The notes: generated from the letters alone by a model not told the origin. Positions 32,032-41,176 are shown, numbered from the stretch's first letter. The stretch: DNA of 59,694 nt from Chitinophagales bacterium (GCA_038256825.1 JBBSJX010000001.1:1-59694); one strand, 5' to 3'. A program made the numbers and translations.

Positions 32032-32367
32032 ATGTTACCCATTACCACCTTTAAAAAATGGATCTCACTTTTAACAGTGACCATTTTATTATCCAGTTGT
32101 TACAATTACAGGGTTGCAACCCGTGCCCAGGAGGGATCAGAAGTGAGTAAAGCAACGGCCCACGCTTATTTCTGGGGATTATTACAAAAACCGCCCACCA
32201 TTCAAACGCCCATTTGCGACTCGCTTGATGTAAATGGCATGTCGGAAGTTACTATGAAAAGCAACTTCGGCTATTCGTTGATAACCGTAGTTACGCTGGG
32301 AATTTGGAGCCCCATGAAAGTTGAATGGAGGTGTGCCAAACCTTGTAAAAAAACCGATACCTTTTAA
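32032..32367 (+). CDS. Bor/Iss-like lipoprotein
   Basis: Lipobox LSSC, YFWGL, and C-terminal TVVTLGIWSP..VEW.C pattern of the Bor family. Confidence 0.75.
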   Translation: MLPITTFKKWISLLTVTILLSSCYNYRVATRAQEGSEVSKATAHAYFWGLLQKPPTIQTPICDSLDVNGMSEVTMKSNFGYSLITVVTLGIWSPMKVEWRCAKPCKKTDTF

Positions 32368-32379
32368 AATCTCAACACT

Positions 32380-33894
32380 ATGAAAATTATAAAAACAGGC
32401 AAAAAAGAGTGGGAGAACAAACACGAAACCTTTGTTGAAAAAATTGTGGATTTGTATGAGATTGCTAATGAGCCGGCGTTGGGAGCTTTGGACAGTTATA
32501 ATGATTGTACAAAGGCTTTTCAAAACCTGATACAGAATGCCATTAATACAAATACTCCTTTAAGAAGTTTAGGAGCAGGTTGGTCGTGGACCAAAATTAA
32601 CACTGCCACCAATGGTATTTTACTGAATACAAAACCGCTGAATACCAGTTTACGGGTTTCTGCCCAAAGTGTAAGACCCGGTTATACCGGTGACCCGCAA
32701 AAACTATTATTTGCCCAATGTGGCAATGGTGTTTGGGAACTCAGCCGCGAATTAAGACATTATAAACTGTCGCTCAAAACCTCCGGGGCCAGTAACGGAC
32801 AAACCATTGCCGGCGTTATTGCAACGGGTGCCCATGGTTCGGCATTTGATTTTGGCGCAGTCCAGGATTTTGTTAAAGGATTACACATCATTACCGGCCC
32901 AAACGAGCATATTTACCTGGAACGGAAATCGGATCCTGTAGTTTCTGATTCATTTATACAAAAACTACAAACAAAACTAGTGCAGGATGATGAATTGTTT
33001 AATGCAGCATTGGTAAGCATGGGTTGCTTTGGTATTTTTCATAGCGTAATGGTAGAGGCTGAAGACCTTTTTTTATTGGAATGTTATATGAGGCGAATGC
33101 CCTACGACGATAGCTTAAAAAAATTGATGCGCACCCTCGATTTTACAAATTCGAACCTTCCGCATGGTAGTGAGCGACCTTACCATTTTGCAGTTAGCAT
33201 TAACCCTTACGACCTTAATAATGGTGCTTACGTGTACTCTTTCTATAAACGTCCTTACCGTGAAGATTACATCAGGCCAAATAAAAGCGAGGTAAGTTGT
33301 GGCCCCGGTGATGATGCCGCTTGTTTTGTGGGAAAACTAACATCGGTAATTCCCGCATTGGTGCCCACCATAGTAAATAAGCTATTGGCGGGTGCCTTAA
33401 AGCCTTTTGAAAAAGTAGAAGGCACATTGGGAGAAATTTTTAATAATACCAGTTTGCATGGTAAGTTGCTGAGTGCAGCTATCGGTATATCAATAGAAGA
33501 TGTAAATAAGGTTACGGATTTACTGCTTTCTTTAAATAAATCAAAAGGGCCTTTCACCGGGTTATTTGCATATCGCTTTGTAAAAAAAACAGCGGCTACC
33601 TTAGGTTTTACGCATTTTGACCATACTTGTGTATTTGAGTTAGATGGAACTTTTTCTAAAGACACAACAAATTTTTTTAAAGAAGTTTGGAAAGCTTTAG
33701 AGGAGGCAAACATTCCGCATACCATGCATTGGGGAAAGGTAAATGAATTGGATTTTGATAAAATAAAAAAAATGTATGGATCTAACCTGGATGCATGGCT
33801 TAAAGTTCGCAACAAACTATTAAAACCAGAAAGCATGAAGGTTTTTAATAATGCTATTATGCAGCAATGGGGATTAGATAAAGTTGTTGTGTAA
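32380..33894 (+). CDS. FAD-linked oxidase (VAO/PCMH fold, aldonolactone oxidase-like)
   Basis: R..GAGWS, QTIAG..ATGAHGS, G..GI, C-terminal HWGK. Confidence 0.8.
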   Translation: MKIIKTGKKEWENKHETFVEKIVDLYEIANEPALGALDSYNDCTKAFQNLIQNAINTNTPLRSLGAGWSWTKINTATNGILLNTKPLNTSLRVSAQSVRPGYTGDPQKLLFAQCGNGVWELSRELRHYKLSLKTSGASNGQTIAGVIATGAHGSAFDFGAVQDFVKGLHIITGPNEHIYLERKSDPVVSDSFIQKLQTKLVQDDELFNAALVSMGCFGIFHSVMVEAEDLFLLECYMRRMPYDDSLKKLMRTLDFTNSNLPHGSERPYHFAVSINPYDLNNGAYVYSFYKRPYREDYIRPNKSEVSCGPGDDAACFVGKLTSVIPALVPTIVNKLLAGALKPFEKVEGTLGEIFNNTSLHGKLLSAAIGISIEDVNKVTDLLLSLNKSKGPFTGLFAYRFVKKTAATLGFTHFDHTCVFELDGTFSKDTTNFFKEVWKALEEANIPHTMHWGKVNELDFDKIKKMYGSNLDAWLKVRNKLLKPESMKVFNNAIMQQWGLDKVVV

Positions 33895-33936
33895 CTTTTG
33901 CTGTAACGAATTCTTTGTTTTTACTAAGATGAACCT

Positions 33937-35253
33937 ATGAGGTATTTACTATTAATTTTTCTTATTTTATTAACCAGAATTGTAGCTACTGCCCAAAAAC
34001 AAGATTCAATTATAGCAGCATTTAAGCAGGTAAATAAAAAGGTAACCAACCAAAAAACGGCTTTAATCAGCAACAGGGCAATGAATGTTTTTCTAGCAGA
34101 TAAAACCAGTTATGCAGGGGAGAATGGAGACCTTTCGTATTATACAAATTATGTAACGTTTACAAGTTCAACCGGTATATTAACCATCAACCATAATTTT
34201 CAAAAAGCTGCAGGTTTGGATGAACCTATTAAAAAGCTTTTTAGTGTTGGGGTAAAGGCGAATATAATGGATGGTTTAAATGCAGGGTTTGTTGATAAGC
34301 ATTTTGAAAATGAATTAGGTCTTACTTTAAATCATACCTGGCTGGCAAAAGTAAAAACAAGTATTGACGACAATGACAAAGCAAATACCCGCCAAAAACA
34401 CGTAATGGATGCCTTGAGGGCTGGCATTATTAAATCACTTGAATTAGAAATACGTTACAAACAACAGGCATTTGAACAATCGCTCAACGATTTAAATCCA
34501 ACGGAGGATTTTCCCGGTCTTAATAAAGATGCTGCTATTACATTAATAAAAGCGCATTTTTATAGAAACCTGGAGGAAGAATACAGTGAAAAATTTGCCC
34601 GGCTGCAAGCAGAAACCCTCACTAAAACTAACTTTTATAAAACCATTAAAACCCACTGGACGAGCCTTATTACATATGTTCCTTTAGCCTTTCCTAAGTT
34701 TAGCGTGGCAGCTTCACCTGGTGTTGCTTTTAATGTTAAACACCCCTACCCTTTTGAACTGTTGTTGAACCATACACATTTTTGGGAAAGTAGCAGGTTT
34801 GGTAAATTATTTTTTACGCTTTCGGGCAAGCTGGCGGCCAGCAACAACATTAAAAGTTTCGAGCTTGTAAAAACCAACCTTACTGATTATAAAAAACTTG
34901 GTGGAACGGATACATTACACCTGGCATCCCTTAAAAATGCTGAAGGTTACCTTGGTAACTACACAACCTTAATTACTCCCAGCCTGCAAGCCCGTATTGT
35001 GTATTTCAGTCACGATTCGCATGTGGGCATTAGCTTATTAGCCCAACAAAACTTTGGCACCAATAAACTGTTAAACGCCCGGCTGGGCATTCCGGTAGTG
35101 CTTATAAATAGCAAAAAATTGCCAGCACTTAATATTGAATTCCAGGTATCTTTTTTCGACCTCACAAAACAAATATCAAAGCAACGAAAACTAGGAAACA
35201 ACACATCAATTGGAGTTGGAATAGGTTTTCCTATGAGCAGGATTATGTATTAA
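33937..35253 (+). CDS. Hypothetical exported protein (possible outer-membrane beta-barrel with helical insert)
   Basis: Signal peptide, amphipathic beta-strand patterns, C-terminal SIGVGIGFP. Confidence 0.6.
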   Translation: MRYLLLIFLILLTRIVATAQKQDSIIAAFKQVNKKVTNQKTALISNRAMNVFLADKTSYAGENGDLSYYTNYVTFTSSTGILTINHNFQKAAGLDEPIKKLFSVGVKANIMDGLNAGFVDKHFENELGLTLNHTWLAKVKTSIDDNDKANTRQKHVMDALRAGIIKSLELEIRYKQQAFEQSLNDLNPTEDFPGLNKDAAITLIKAHFYRNLEEEYSEKFARLQAETLTKTNFYKTIKTHWTSLITYVPLAFPKFSVAASPGVAFNVKHPYPFELLLNHTHFWESSRFGKLFFTLSGKLAASNNIKSFELVKTNLTDYKKLGGTDTLHLASLKNAEGYLGNYTTLITPSLQARIVYFSHDSHVGISLLAQQNFGTNKLLNARLGIPVVLINSKKLPALNIEFQVSFFDLTKQISKQRKLGNNTSIGVGIGFPMSRIMY

Positions 35254-35257
35254 AAAT

Positions 35258-35282
35258 AAAAAAAGAGCATTGCTGCTCTTTT
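35258..35282. terminator. Short bidirectional terminator
   Basis: aaaagagca-ttgc-tgctctttt between convergent stops. Confidence 0.6.
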
Positions 35283-35287
35283 CGGTA

Positions 35288-35884
35288 TTACATTTCTTTA
35301 ATTTTTATATCCTTCCAACGCACTTTTATGCCGCCGCCGTCGTGTATCTGCAAGGCAATAAAACCATTGCCCTTACCAATTTTTGCATCTTTAAAATAAA
35401 CCATCTGGTGTCCATTTAAATACGAAGTAACCTCATCGCCATTGGCAACTATTTTAAGTTTATTCCATTTACCAACCTTTAAATATTTTTCATCCTCAGC
35501 CTTTGGTTGAATTAACCAGTTACGACCATAAGATTCGTAAATACCACCAGTATGGTTGTTTAAGGGAGCTACTTCAATTTGCCAACCACTAATTTTAACG
35601 CCTTCAATTCCCGAACGTATAAATACGCCGCTGTTACCATTTGCCTCCTGCTTAAATTGTAAAGTCAAAACAAAATTCTTATAATTTTTATTAGTAGAGA
35701 GGTAGCCATATTTTTTATCGGGGCCACTTTCGCAAATTAAATTTCCATCCTCAACATACCACTTTTCGGTACCATGAATATTCCAGCCGGTAAGATCCTT
35801 ACCATTAAATAATTTTTTTGTTGACTGGGAAAATGTAGTTGTTGCAATTACTACGCAAAAAAGAAAGAGTACGGTTTTTTTCAT
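35288..35884 (-). CDS. DUF1080 / 3-keto-disaccharide hydrolase family protein
   Basis: LFNGKDLTGW, GNSGVFIR, G.IALQ.H...VRWKDIKIKE; signal peptide from MKKTV. Confidence 0.9.
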   Translation of the reverse strand: MKKTVLFLFCVVIATTTFSQSTKKLFNGKDLTGWNIHGTEKWYVEDGNLICESGPDKKYGYLSTNKNYKNFVLTLQFKQEANGNSGVFIRSGIEGVKISGWQIEVAPLNNHTGGIYESYGRNWLIQPKAEDEKYLKVGKWNKLKIVANGDEVTSYLNGHQMVYFKDAKIGKGNGFIALQIHDGGGIKVRWKDIKIKEM

Positions 35885-35968
35885 TATAATCTGTTTCAAG
35901 GCAAGATAACATTAATAACCATCGGGTGCATCCAATTTGTCGCAACAGAATGTGAAAAAGGATCACTT

Positions 35969-36036
35969 GAAAAGATGCGGTAGAAGGGAGTGACACAACC
36001 GGAGATCCACAAAGTGCAGATGTTGGTTAACAAAAA
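35969..36036 (+). repeat. Dispersed intergenic element, copy 6
   Basis: aaagatgcggtagaagggaGTGACACaaccggagatccacaaag...tgttggttaacaaaaa. Confidence 0.88.
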
Positions 36037-36211
36037 GAAAAACGACAATATGGAGTGCACCCTTACCATCCGGTTTTAAAACTTAAATCATTAAATTAGT
36101 TAAAACCCTAAACCGGGTTATTCTACTATTAGATTAATGTAACAGCCGGGGAATATGCTTCGGCCATTTTAAATAAGATTTGGCAGAACAATGTTTTCTT
36201 CATTACATTGT

Positions 36212-36246
36212 AAAAAAAATGGCCCCTCCGTAGAAACGGAGCGACC
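36212..36246 (-). terminator. Intrinsic terminator of the candidate sRNA
   Basis: Minus strand GGTCGCTCCGT-TTCT-ACGGAGGGGCC-A-T8. Confidence 0.8.
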
Positions 36247-36379
36247 TTTAACGATTGCTTGCCATATGAAAATTTTCGAAGTATTATTTGTGCTGACTTT
36301 TACAGCTTAGTACAAGAGAAAACGGCCTTTAACATTGCTTATCTACGATTGCCTGCCATATGCTTTTCTCATTCTTGTT
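36212..36379 (-). ncRNA. Candidate ~168-nt small RNA with repeated GCAAU(C)GU motif
   Basis: TACATTTG -7 element at 36383-36390, terminator at 36212-36246, no long ORF, three internal motif copies. Confidence 0.65.
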
Positions 36380-36382
36380 ACA

Positions 36383-36390
36383 CAAATGTA
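36383..36390 (-). promoter_or_regulatory. -7 promoter element (TACATTTG)
   Basis: Exact TAnnTTTG match, identical to the element in front of tRNA-Leu. Confidence 0.65.
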
Positions 36391-36503
36391 GCATGAGCCA
36401 TCAACCAATTCTAATCAACTTATGTTGTATAATTTTACGACAAAACAGTTAATTAATTGCTAAGAACGTTGCTGACATTCACTTTCAGGTCAATCAAATT
36501 ATT

Positions 36504-38090
36504 ATGTCCAACCGGATTTCCGATCCCTTATTTCTCTTAATTCATTTGCTTGAAAAGGCTGAAAAGAGGAATTTTAAACTCTATATAAAAAGGAGTTCGG
36601 CCAAGGAAGATTTAAAAATTATAAGATTGTTTGACGCTTTGGACAAAATAACCGAATATGATGAAACACTTCTTCTAAAAAAGTTGCAGGGTATTGAGAA
36701 GCCACAACTTTCCAATTTAAAAACACATTTATACAAACAGGTACTTGCCAGCCTTCGCTTATTAAAATCGGCCGAAATTATTGACCTGCAGTTACATGAA
36801 CAACTTGATTATGCCCGCATTTTGTATAACAAAGGTTTATACCTGCAAAGCCTTAAAATATTAGACAAAGTAAAAGAGCTGGCTATTACATATCACCAGG
36901 ATAGTTTTTTAATCCAGGTTATATCGCTGGAGAAGAAAATTGAAACCTTACATATAACCCGCAGCATTCAAGACAGGGCCGACCGCTTAACGATGGAAGC
37001 CATTGAAGTGAACGATCGCCGGCGTATGATTACCCGGCTTTCAAACCTTGCTTTGCAATTATATAGCTGGTATATAAAAAACGGGCATGCCCGAAACGAA
37101 ACCGATGAAAAAGGGGTAAAAAAATTTTTCAAGCAGCAATTGCCTTCGCACGCTTTTAAGCAAACAGGCTTTTACGAAAAAATGTACCTGTACCAGAGCT
37201 ATTGCATGTATGCCTTTATTCGCCAGGACTTTTTAATGTATTATAGGTATACACAAAAATGGATAGACCTTTTTGAAAACGAACCCGTGATGATTGCCAT
37301 TGAAACCGGGCATTATTTAAAAGGTTACCACAACCTGTTAAATGCACATTTTGATCTGCGCAATTACGAAAAATTTGACAAGGCCTTAAAGCACTTTCAA
37401 CAATTTGCACAAACCGACGTAGCACAACAGCACGATAATTTTAAAGTACAATCGTTTGTCTACATCAACAGCGCAAAAATAAACCAGCACTTTATGCTGG
37501 GCACTTTTAAAGAAGGCTTATCGCTGGTCACTTCTATCGAAGAAAAATTACAGGAGTACGCCCTGTTCCTCGACCGGCACCGCATACTGGTGTTTAACTA
37601 TAAAATTGCCACGCTTTATTTTGGCTCCGGCGATTATAGTACCTGCATAGATTACCTTCAAAAAATAATTAACAGCAATGTTGACCTTCGCAGCGACCTG
37701 CAATGTTATGCAAGGCTGCTGCACCTGATGGCTCATTACGAATTGGGCAATATCGAAATAATTGAATCACTCATCCGCTCGGTATATCGCTTTATGGCTA
37801 AAATGGAAAACCTTACAATTATTGAGGAAGAGATGTTTAAATTTCTCCGCAACTCATTTCATGTGCCTTCAAAAAAAGTAAAACAGGAACTGGTTAATTT
37901 TCTTGAAAAAATAAAACAATTTGAAAAAAGCCGTTTTGAAACCCGTGCCTTTGCTTACCTCGATATTATTTCGTGGGTAGAAAGTAAGGTATATGAAAAG
38001 CCCATGAGCGAAATCATCAAAGGAAAATATATGCGCAACAAACGCAGCTTAATTTTTAATAAGGAACCAATTAATATTAAAGTCCAGTAG
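36504..38090 (+). CDS. Hypothetical all-helical protein (TPR-like repeats)
   Basis: 528-aa ORF, no signal peptide, LF.LI..L.K.EKRNFK N-terminus, TPR-like YKIATLYFGSGDYSTC segments. Confidence 0.75.
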   Translation: MSNRISDPLFLLIHLLEKAEKRNFKLYIKRSSAKEDLKIIRLFDALDKITEYDETLLLKKLQGIEKPQLSNLKTHLYKQVLASLRLLKSAEIIDLQLHEQLDYARILYNKGLYLQSLKILDKVKELAITYHQDSFLIQVISLEKKIETLHITRSIQDRADRLTMEAIEVNDRRRMITRLSNLALQLYSWYIKNGHARNETDEKGVKKFFKQQLPSHAFKQTGFYEKMYLYQSYCMYAFIRQDFLMYYRYTQKWIDLFENEPVMIAIETGHYLKGYHNLLNAHFDLRNYEKFDKALKHFQQFAQTDVAQQHDNFKVQSFVYINSAKINQHFMLGTFKEGLSLVTSIEEKLQEYALFLDRHRILVFNYKIATLYFGSGDYSTCIDYLQKIINSNVDLRSDLQCYARLLHLMAHYELGNIEIIESLIRSVYRFMAKMENLTIIEEEMFKFLRNSFHVPSKKVKQELVNFLEKIKQFEKSRFETRAFAYLDIISWVESKVYEKPMSEIIKGKYMRNKRSLIFNKEPINIKVQ

Positions 38091-38129
38091 TTCCTCACAG
38101 CTATAAAATGGTTGCTTTGGCACATTTAA

Positions 38130-38186
38130 TTTTTGTGTACCCGGCAATTACTTTCAATTAAGCATTGTTGCGTCGCACTCTTGTAC
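38130..38186 (-). repeat. Dispersed intergenic element, copy 7
   Basis: Minus strand gtacaagagtGCGACGCaacaatgc...tgccgggtacacaaaaa. Confidence 0.88.
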
Positions 38187-38345
38187 TTTTTTTTATTATG
38201 GGAGCTTATCCTCAACCCAATATCATTACAACTCCTTATCGTGATTCTATCCTATACTTTTTAGCAAAACAAAAAATAAGGTTAGGTGATTTTTAAAATC
38301 ATTTTTTAATAACTTACATATTCACCAAATAAAAAGGAGGTATTC

Positions 38346-38393
38346 ATGCAATCAACAGATCAATCGTGGAAACCTTCGGTTAATATCGCTTAA
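38346..38393 (+). CDS. Candidate 15-aa micropeptide MQSTDQSWKPSVNIA (or ncRNA)
   Basis: AAGGAGG at 38334-38340, 5 nt before the ATG; own terminator at 38441-38469. Confidence 0.4.
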   Translation: MQSTDQSWKPSVNIA

Positions 38394-38440
38394 CCGGGTT
38401 AATCCATTAAATAATCTGCTATCGCTACAAAGCGGTGGGG

Positions 38441-38469
38441 CCACCAGGCAAACACCTGGTGGTTTTTTT
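38441..38469 (+). terminator. Intrinsic terminator
   Basis: CCACCAGG-caaaca-CCTGGTGG-T7. Confidence 0.8.
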
Positions 38470-38486
38470 ATTTTACCCGCCCCCCT

Positions 38487-38532
38487 TTGTACAATTGTAC
38501 AAGAGTGTCCCTATAGGGGCCGACGCCCTATG
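38487..38532 (+). repeat. Dispersed element, copy 8 (truncated; 13-nt palindromic insert)
   Basis: ttgtacaa ttgtacaagagtg[tccctataggggc]cgacgc. Confidence 0.7.
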
Positions 38533-38595
38533 TCTCTAAGATTACAACTTTTCAAAATTTGTATTTGACTTATTTTTATTGTCAAATTTTGAGTT

Positions 38596-38670
38596 GTATA
38601 GAAGTGCGAACCGCCGGTGGGCGGTCAGGCTACAAGAGTGCCGGTAATGACCTATAGCCAGGTCCAAAAA
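38596..38670 (+). repeat. Dispersed element, copy 9 (degenerate; ~22-nt insert)
   Basis: gtatagaagtgcga[accgccggtgggcggtcaggct]acaagagtg...gccaggtccaaaaa. Confidence 0.6.
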
Positions 38671-38706
38671 ACAAATAAGTTTAACATAATACCTCAATTA
38701 TTTTTT

Positions 38707-38736
38707 AAAAAAAAAGCTGCCTTGTGGGGCAGCTTT
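38707..38736 (-). terminator. Intrinsic terminator of the ELWxxDGT gene
   Basis: aaagctgcc-ttgtgg-ggcagcttt with an A-run on the left. Confidence 0.75.
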
Positions 38737-38759
38737 AAAATACTAAGCTTAGGTATAAA

Positions 38760-40847
38760 CTATTGTTTTATAAAACGGGTTGTTTTTCTTTCGTTATTGC
38801 TTTCGCTAATTAAAAGGTATACACCTGCAGGCAATGTACCTATAGGCAAACTTAGTTGGCCGTTAGCCTTTGAAGGAGTGCTTTTATAAACCGGTACCCC
38901 TGCAATATTGGTGATGGTAAACTGAGCATCGTTTGTTACACCTGAAACTAAAATATTTATATTGGAACCCGCCGGATTGTTTAAAAGGCGAACATTCCAT
39001 TTGGTTTTTCCTTTTAAATTTAAAGCAATCACATTACTAAGGGTTGATGCACCATCTTTATCTCTAAAGTTGAGGCGGTAATAAACCATCCCCCTGCCAC
39101 TGTTCAATATTCCCGGATCAACAAAAGAATAAAACCTTTTTAGTGATGAATTGCCACCAGCTTCAATTGAACTGATATCCACAAAATGAACCCCATCGTC
39201 GCTGCGTTGAACAACAAAATCTTTGCTGTTTACTTCCTGCGCCGTTGACCATCTTAAAAAGGCATCGGCATTATTGGGTGTAACGGTAAAATCAATAAGC
39301 CTTACCGGCAAAGGTGTAATAGTACCATTAACCACGTATAAATCACGGTTGGCATTATCGCCATTATTGGCCGTAAACATCAGTTTACCATTATTAATAA
39401 AAAATGCTAATGATGGCTCCGAACTACCCGGGCCAGGGTTTACATCAAAGACCATAGAAGTACCGGCTTCCGTTCCATCGGTTTTCCACAGCTCCTCGCC
39501 ATTAACTCCATTATCTGCAGTAAAATAAAAATGTGATGCTGTGTAAATATAGCTGGCTGATAATATTCCATTATCGGAGCCCGGGTTTATATCTTTAACC
39601 AGGTGGGTACCCGGTATCGTTCCATCCGAAACCCACAGTTCATCCCCATTTGCTGCTGAACCCGAAATAAAGAAAAATTTATTTCCCTGGAACAAGGGTT
39701 GGGTATAATTAAGATTGTTTGAATTTGGATCTATAACAAAGCTGGGAAGAATAAATGTATTATCTGAAAACGACATAAACAATTGGGTTCCTGCTGTAGT
39801 ACCATTGGATTGCCATATTTCAAACCTATCTACAGCATTAGTGGTGGAAAAAAAGAAATTATTACCCACCTTCATACTGGTGAATAAGGCTGTAAAAGCA
39901 ATAGGACCACTGTGAATATCTTTTAATAATGTGGTATTGGCCTCTGTTCCATCCGTACTCCAGATTTCATCACCTGTTACTCCATTATCAGCTATAAAAT
40001 ATGCTTTGCCGTTAAAGAGATAAAAGAAAGAAAAATTGAACATAGAAAAAGCGCTGGCAATACCAGGATTTATATCCTTTAAAATTGAGGTGCCTGCCGG
40101 AGAACCATCTGTTTTCCAGTATTCTCTGCCATGAGCATCATCGGTAGCCTGGAAAAACACCCGGTTATTATAAACATAAAAATTATCGGGATCAGATGAA
40201 GTAGTACCGGTATTTATATTTTTTAAAAGTGAGGTTCCTGATGCGCTACCATCTGATTTCCATAACTCGTTTCCTTCGGAAGCTGTATTTACAGCAAGCA
40301 ATAAAAACGAACCATTTGACATGAGATTGTAATTACCTGCTAAATTACTACTGGTAGGTCCGGGTATTATATCCTTTACAAAAGTGGTTCCCAATGGTGT
40401 ACCATCGGTTTGCCATAATTCCCGGCCTTCGGCCGGGCGATAAGCTGTAAAATATACCTTACCATTTAATAAAGCCATAACATCATCAGGTTCTGAGCCG
40501 TTAGCCCCGGGGTAGATATCACTTAACAGCTTAGTGCCTATGGTGGTGCCATCTGTTACAAACATTTCAATTCCTGTTGCAGCAGAAGATCCCTTGAATA
40601 TGAATAATCCGTTTAATACTACCTCTGCTCCTTCATAAAATATAGTGGTGGATAATTTTGTTGTTCCTGCAGCCGTGCTATTAGTAACCCATATTGTATT
40701 ATCTACATCTGAAACCAATATGGTTTTGTCAGGGGCTAATGGATAGGTAGGATTTAAACCATTATTTGAGTTGATTTGAGTTACCTGCGAATAAGAATAG
40801 GTATTTATGAATACCAATACCAGGATTGAGAGAAAAATTCTTTTCAT
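38760..40847 (-). CDS. ELWxxDGT-repeat beta-propeller protein with T9SS CTD
   Basis: Repeated G.ELW.SDGT..GT.L..DI.PG units; PLPVRLIDF Ig-like domain; CTD; signal peptide from MKRIF. Confidence 0.9.
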   Translation of the reverse strand: MKRIFLSILVLVFINTYSYSQVTQINSNNGLNPTYPLAPDKTILVSDVDNTIWVTNSTAAGTTKLSTTIFYEGAEVVLNGLFIFKGSSAATGIEMFVTDGTTIGTKLLSDIYPGANGSEPDDVMALLNGKVYFTAYRPAEGRELWQTDGTPLGTTFVKDIIPGPTSSNLAGNYNLMSNGSFLLLAVNTASEGNELWKSDGSASGTSLLKNINTGTTSSDPDNFYVYNNRVFFQATDDAHGREYWKTDGSPAGTSILKDINPGIASAFSMFNFSFFYLFNGKAYFIADNGVTGDEIWSTDGTEANTTLLKDIHSGPIAFTALFTSMKVGNNFFFSTTNAVDRFEIWQSNGTTAGTQLFMSFSDNTFILPSFVIDPNSNNLNYTQPLFQGNKFFFISGSAANGDELWVSDGTIPGTHLVKDINPGSDNGILSASYIYTASHFYFTADNGVNGEELWKTDGTEAGTSMVFDVNPGPGSSEPSLAFFINNGKLMFTANNGDNANRDLYVVNGTITPLPVRLIDFTVTPNNADAFLRWSTAQEVNSKDFVVQRSDDGVHFVDISSIEAGGNSSLKRFYSFVDPGILNSGRGMVYYRLNFRDKDGASTLSNVIALNLKGKTKWNVRLLNNPAGSNINILVSGVTNDAQFTITNIAGVPVYKSTPSKANGQLSLPIGTLPAGVYLLISESNNERKTTRFIKQ

Positions 40848-41176
40848 AAAACTGCTGTTTTTTAAATTAAAAAGTTTTTTAACTGCTACCATTAAGTATC
40901 AGGTAACATTCAATTAAGTGTTTAAAGTAGTGCAGGGGAAAAATTTTCGGGGATTTAGGCATAAAAATAACCTTGTCCCTGTTAGTAAAAATAGCTGGCA
41001 AACCTTATTAATGCAAGCATTGCATTAAGCTAATTTTTAACTCTTAAAAATTAATGTTGGTGCACAAGGATCTATTTAAGAAGGGATCAACTCGTTTCTT
41101 GATTTTGAAAGAACACTCTGGAGAAAAAATTACCGTTACCCAGAAAAAGGACTTTTTAAAAGCATAAATTGCCTTC

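Noticed and set aside
38617-38889. 90-aa plus-strand ORF
   Set aside because: Starts inside the insert of repeat copy 9, runs through a terminator and overlaps the ELWxxDGT gene in antisense
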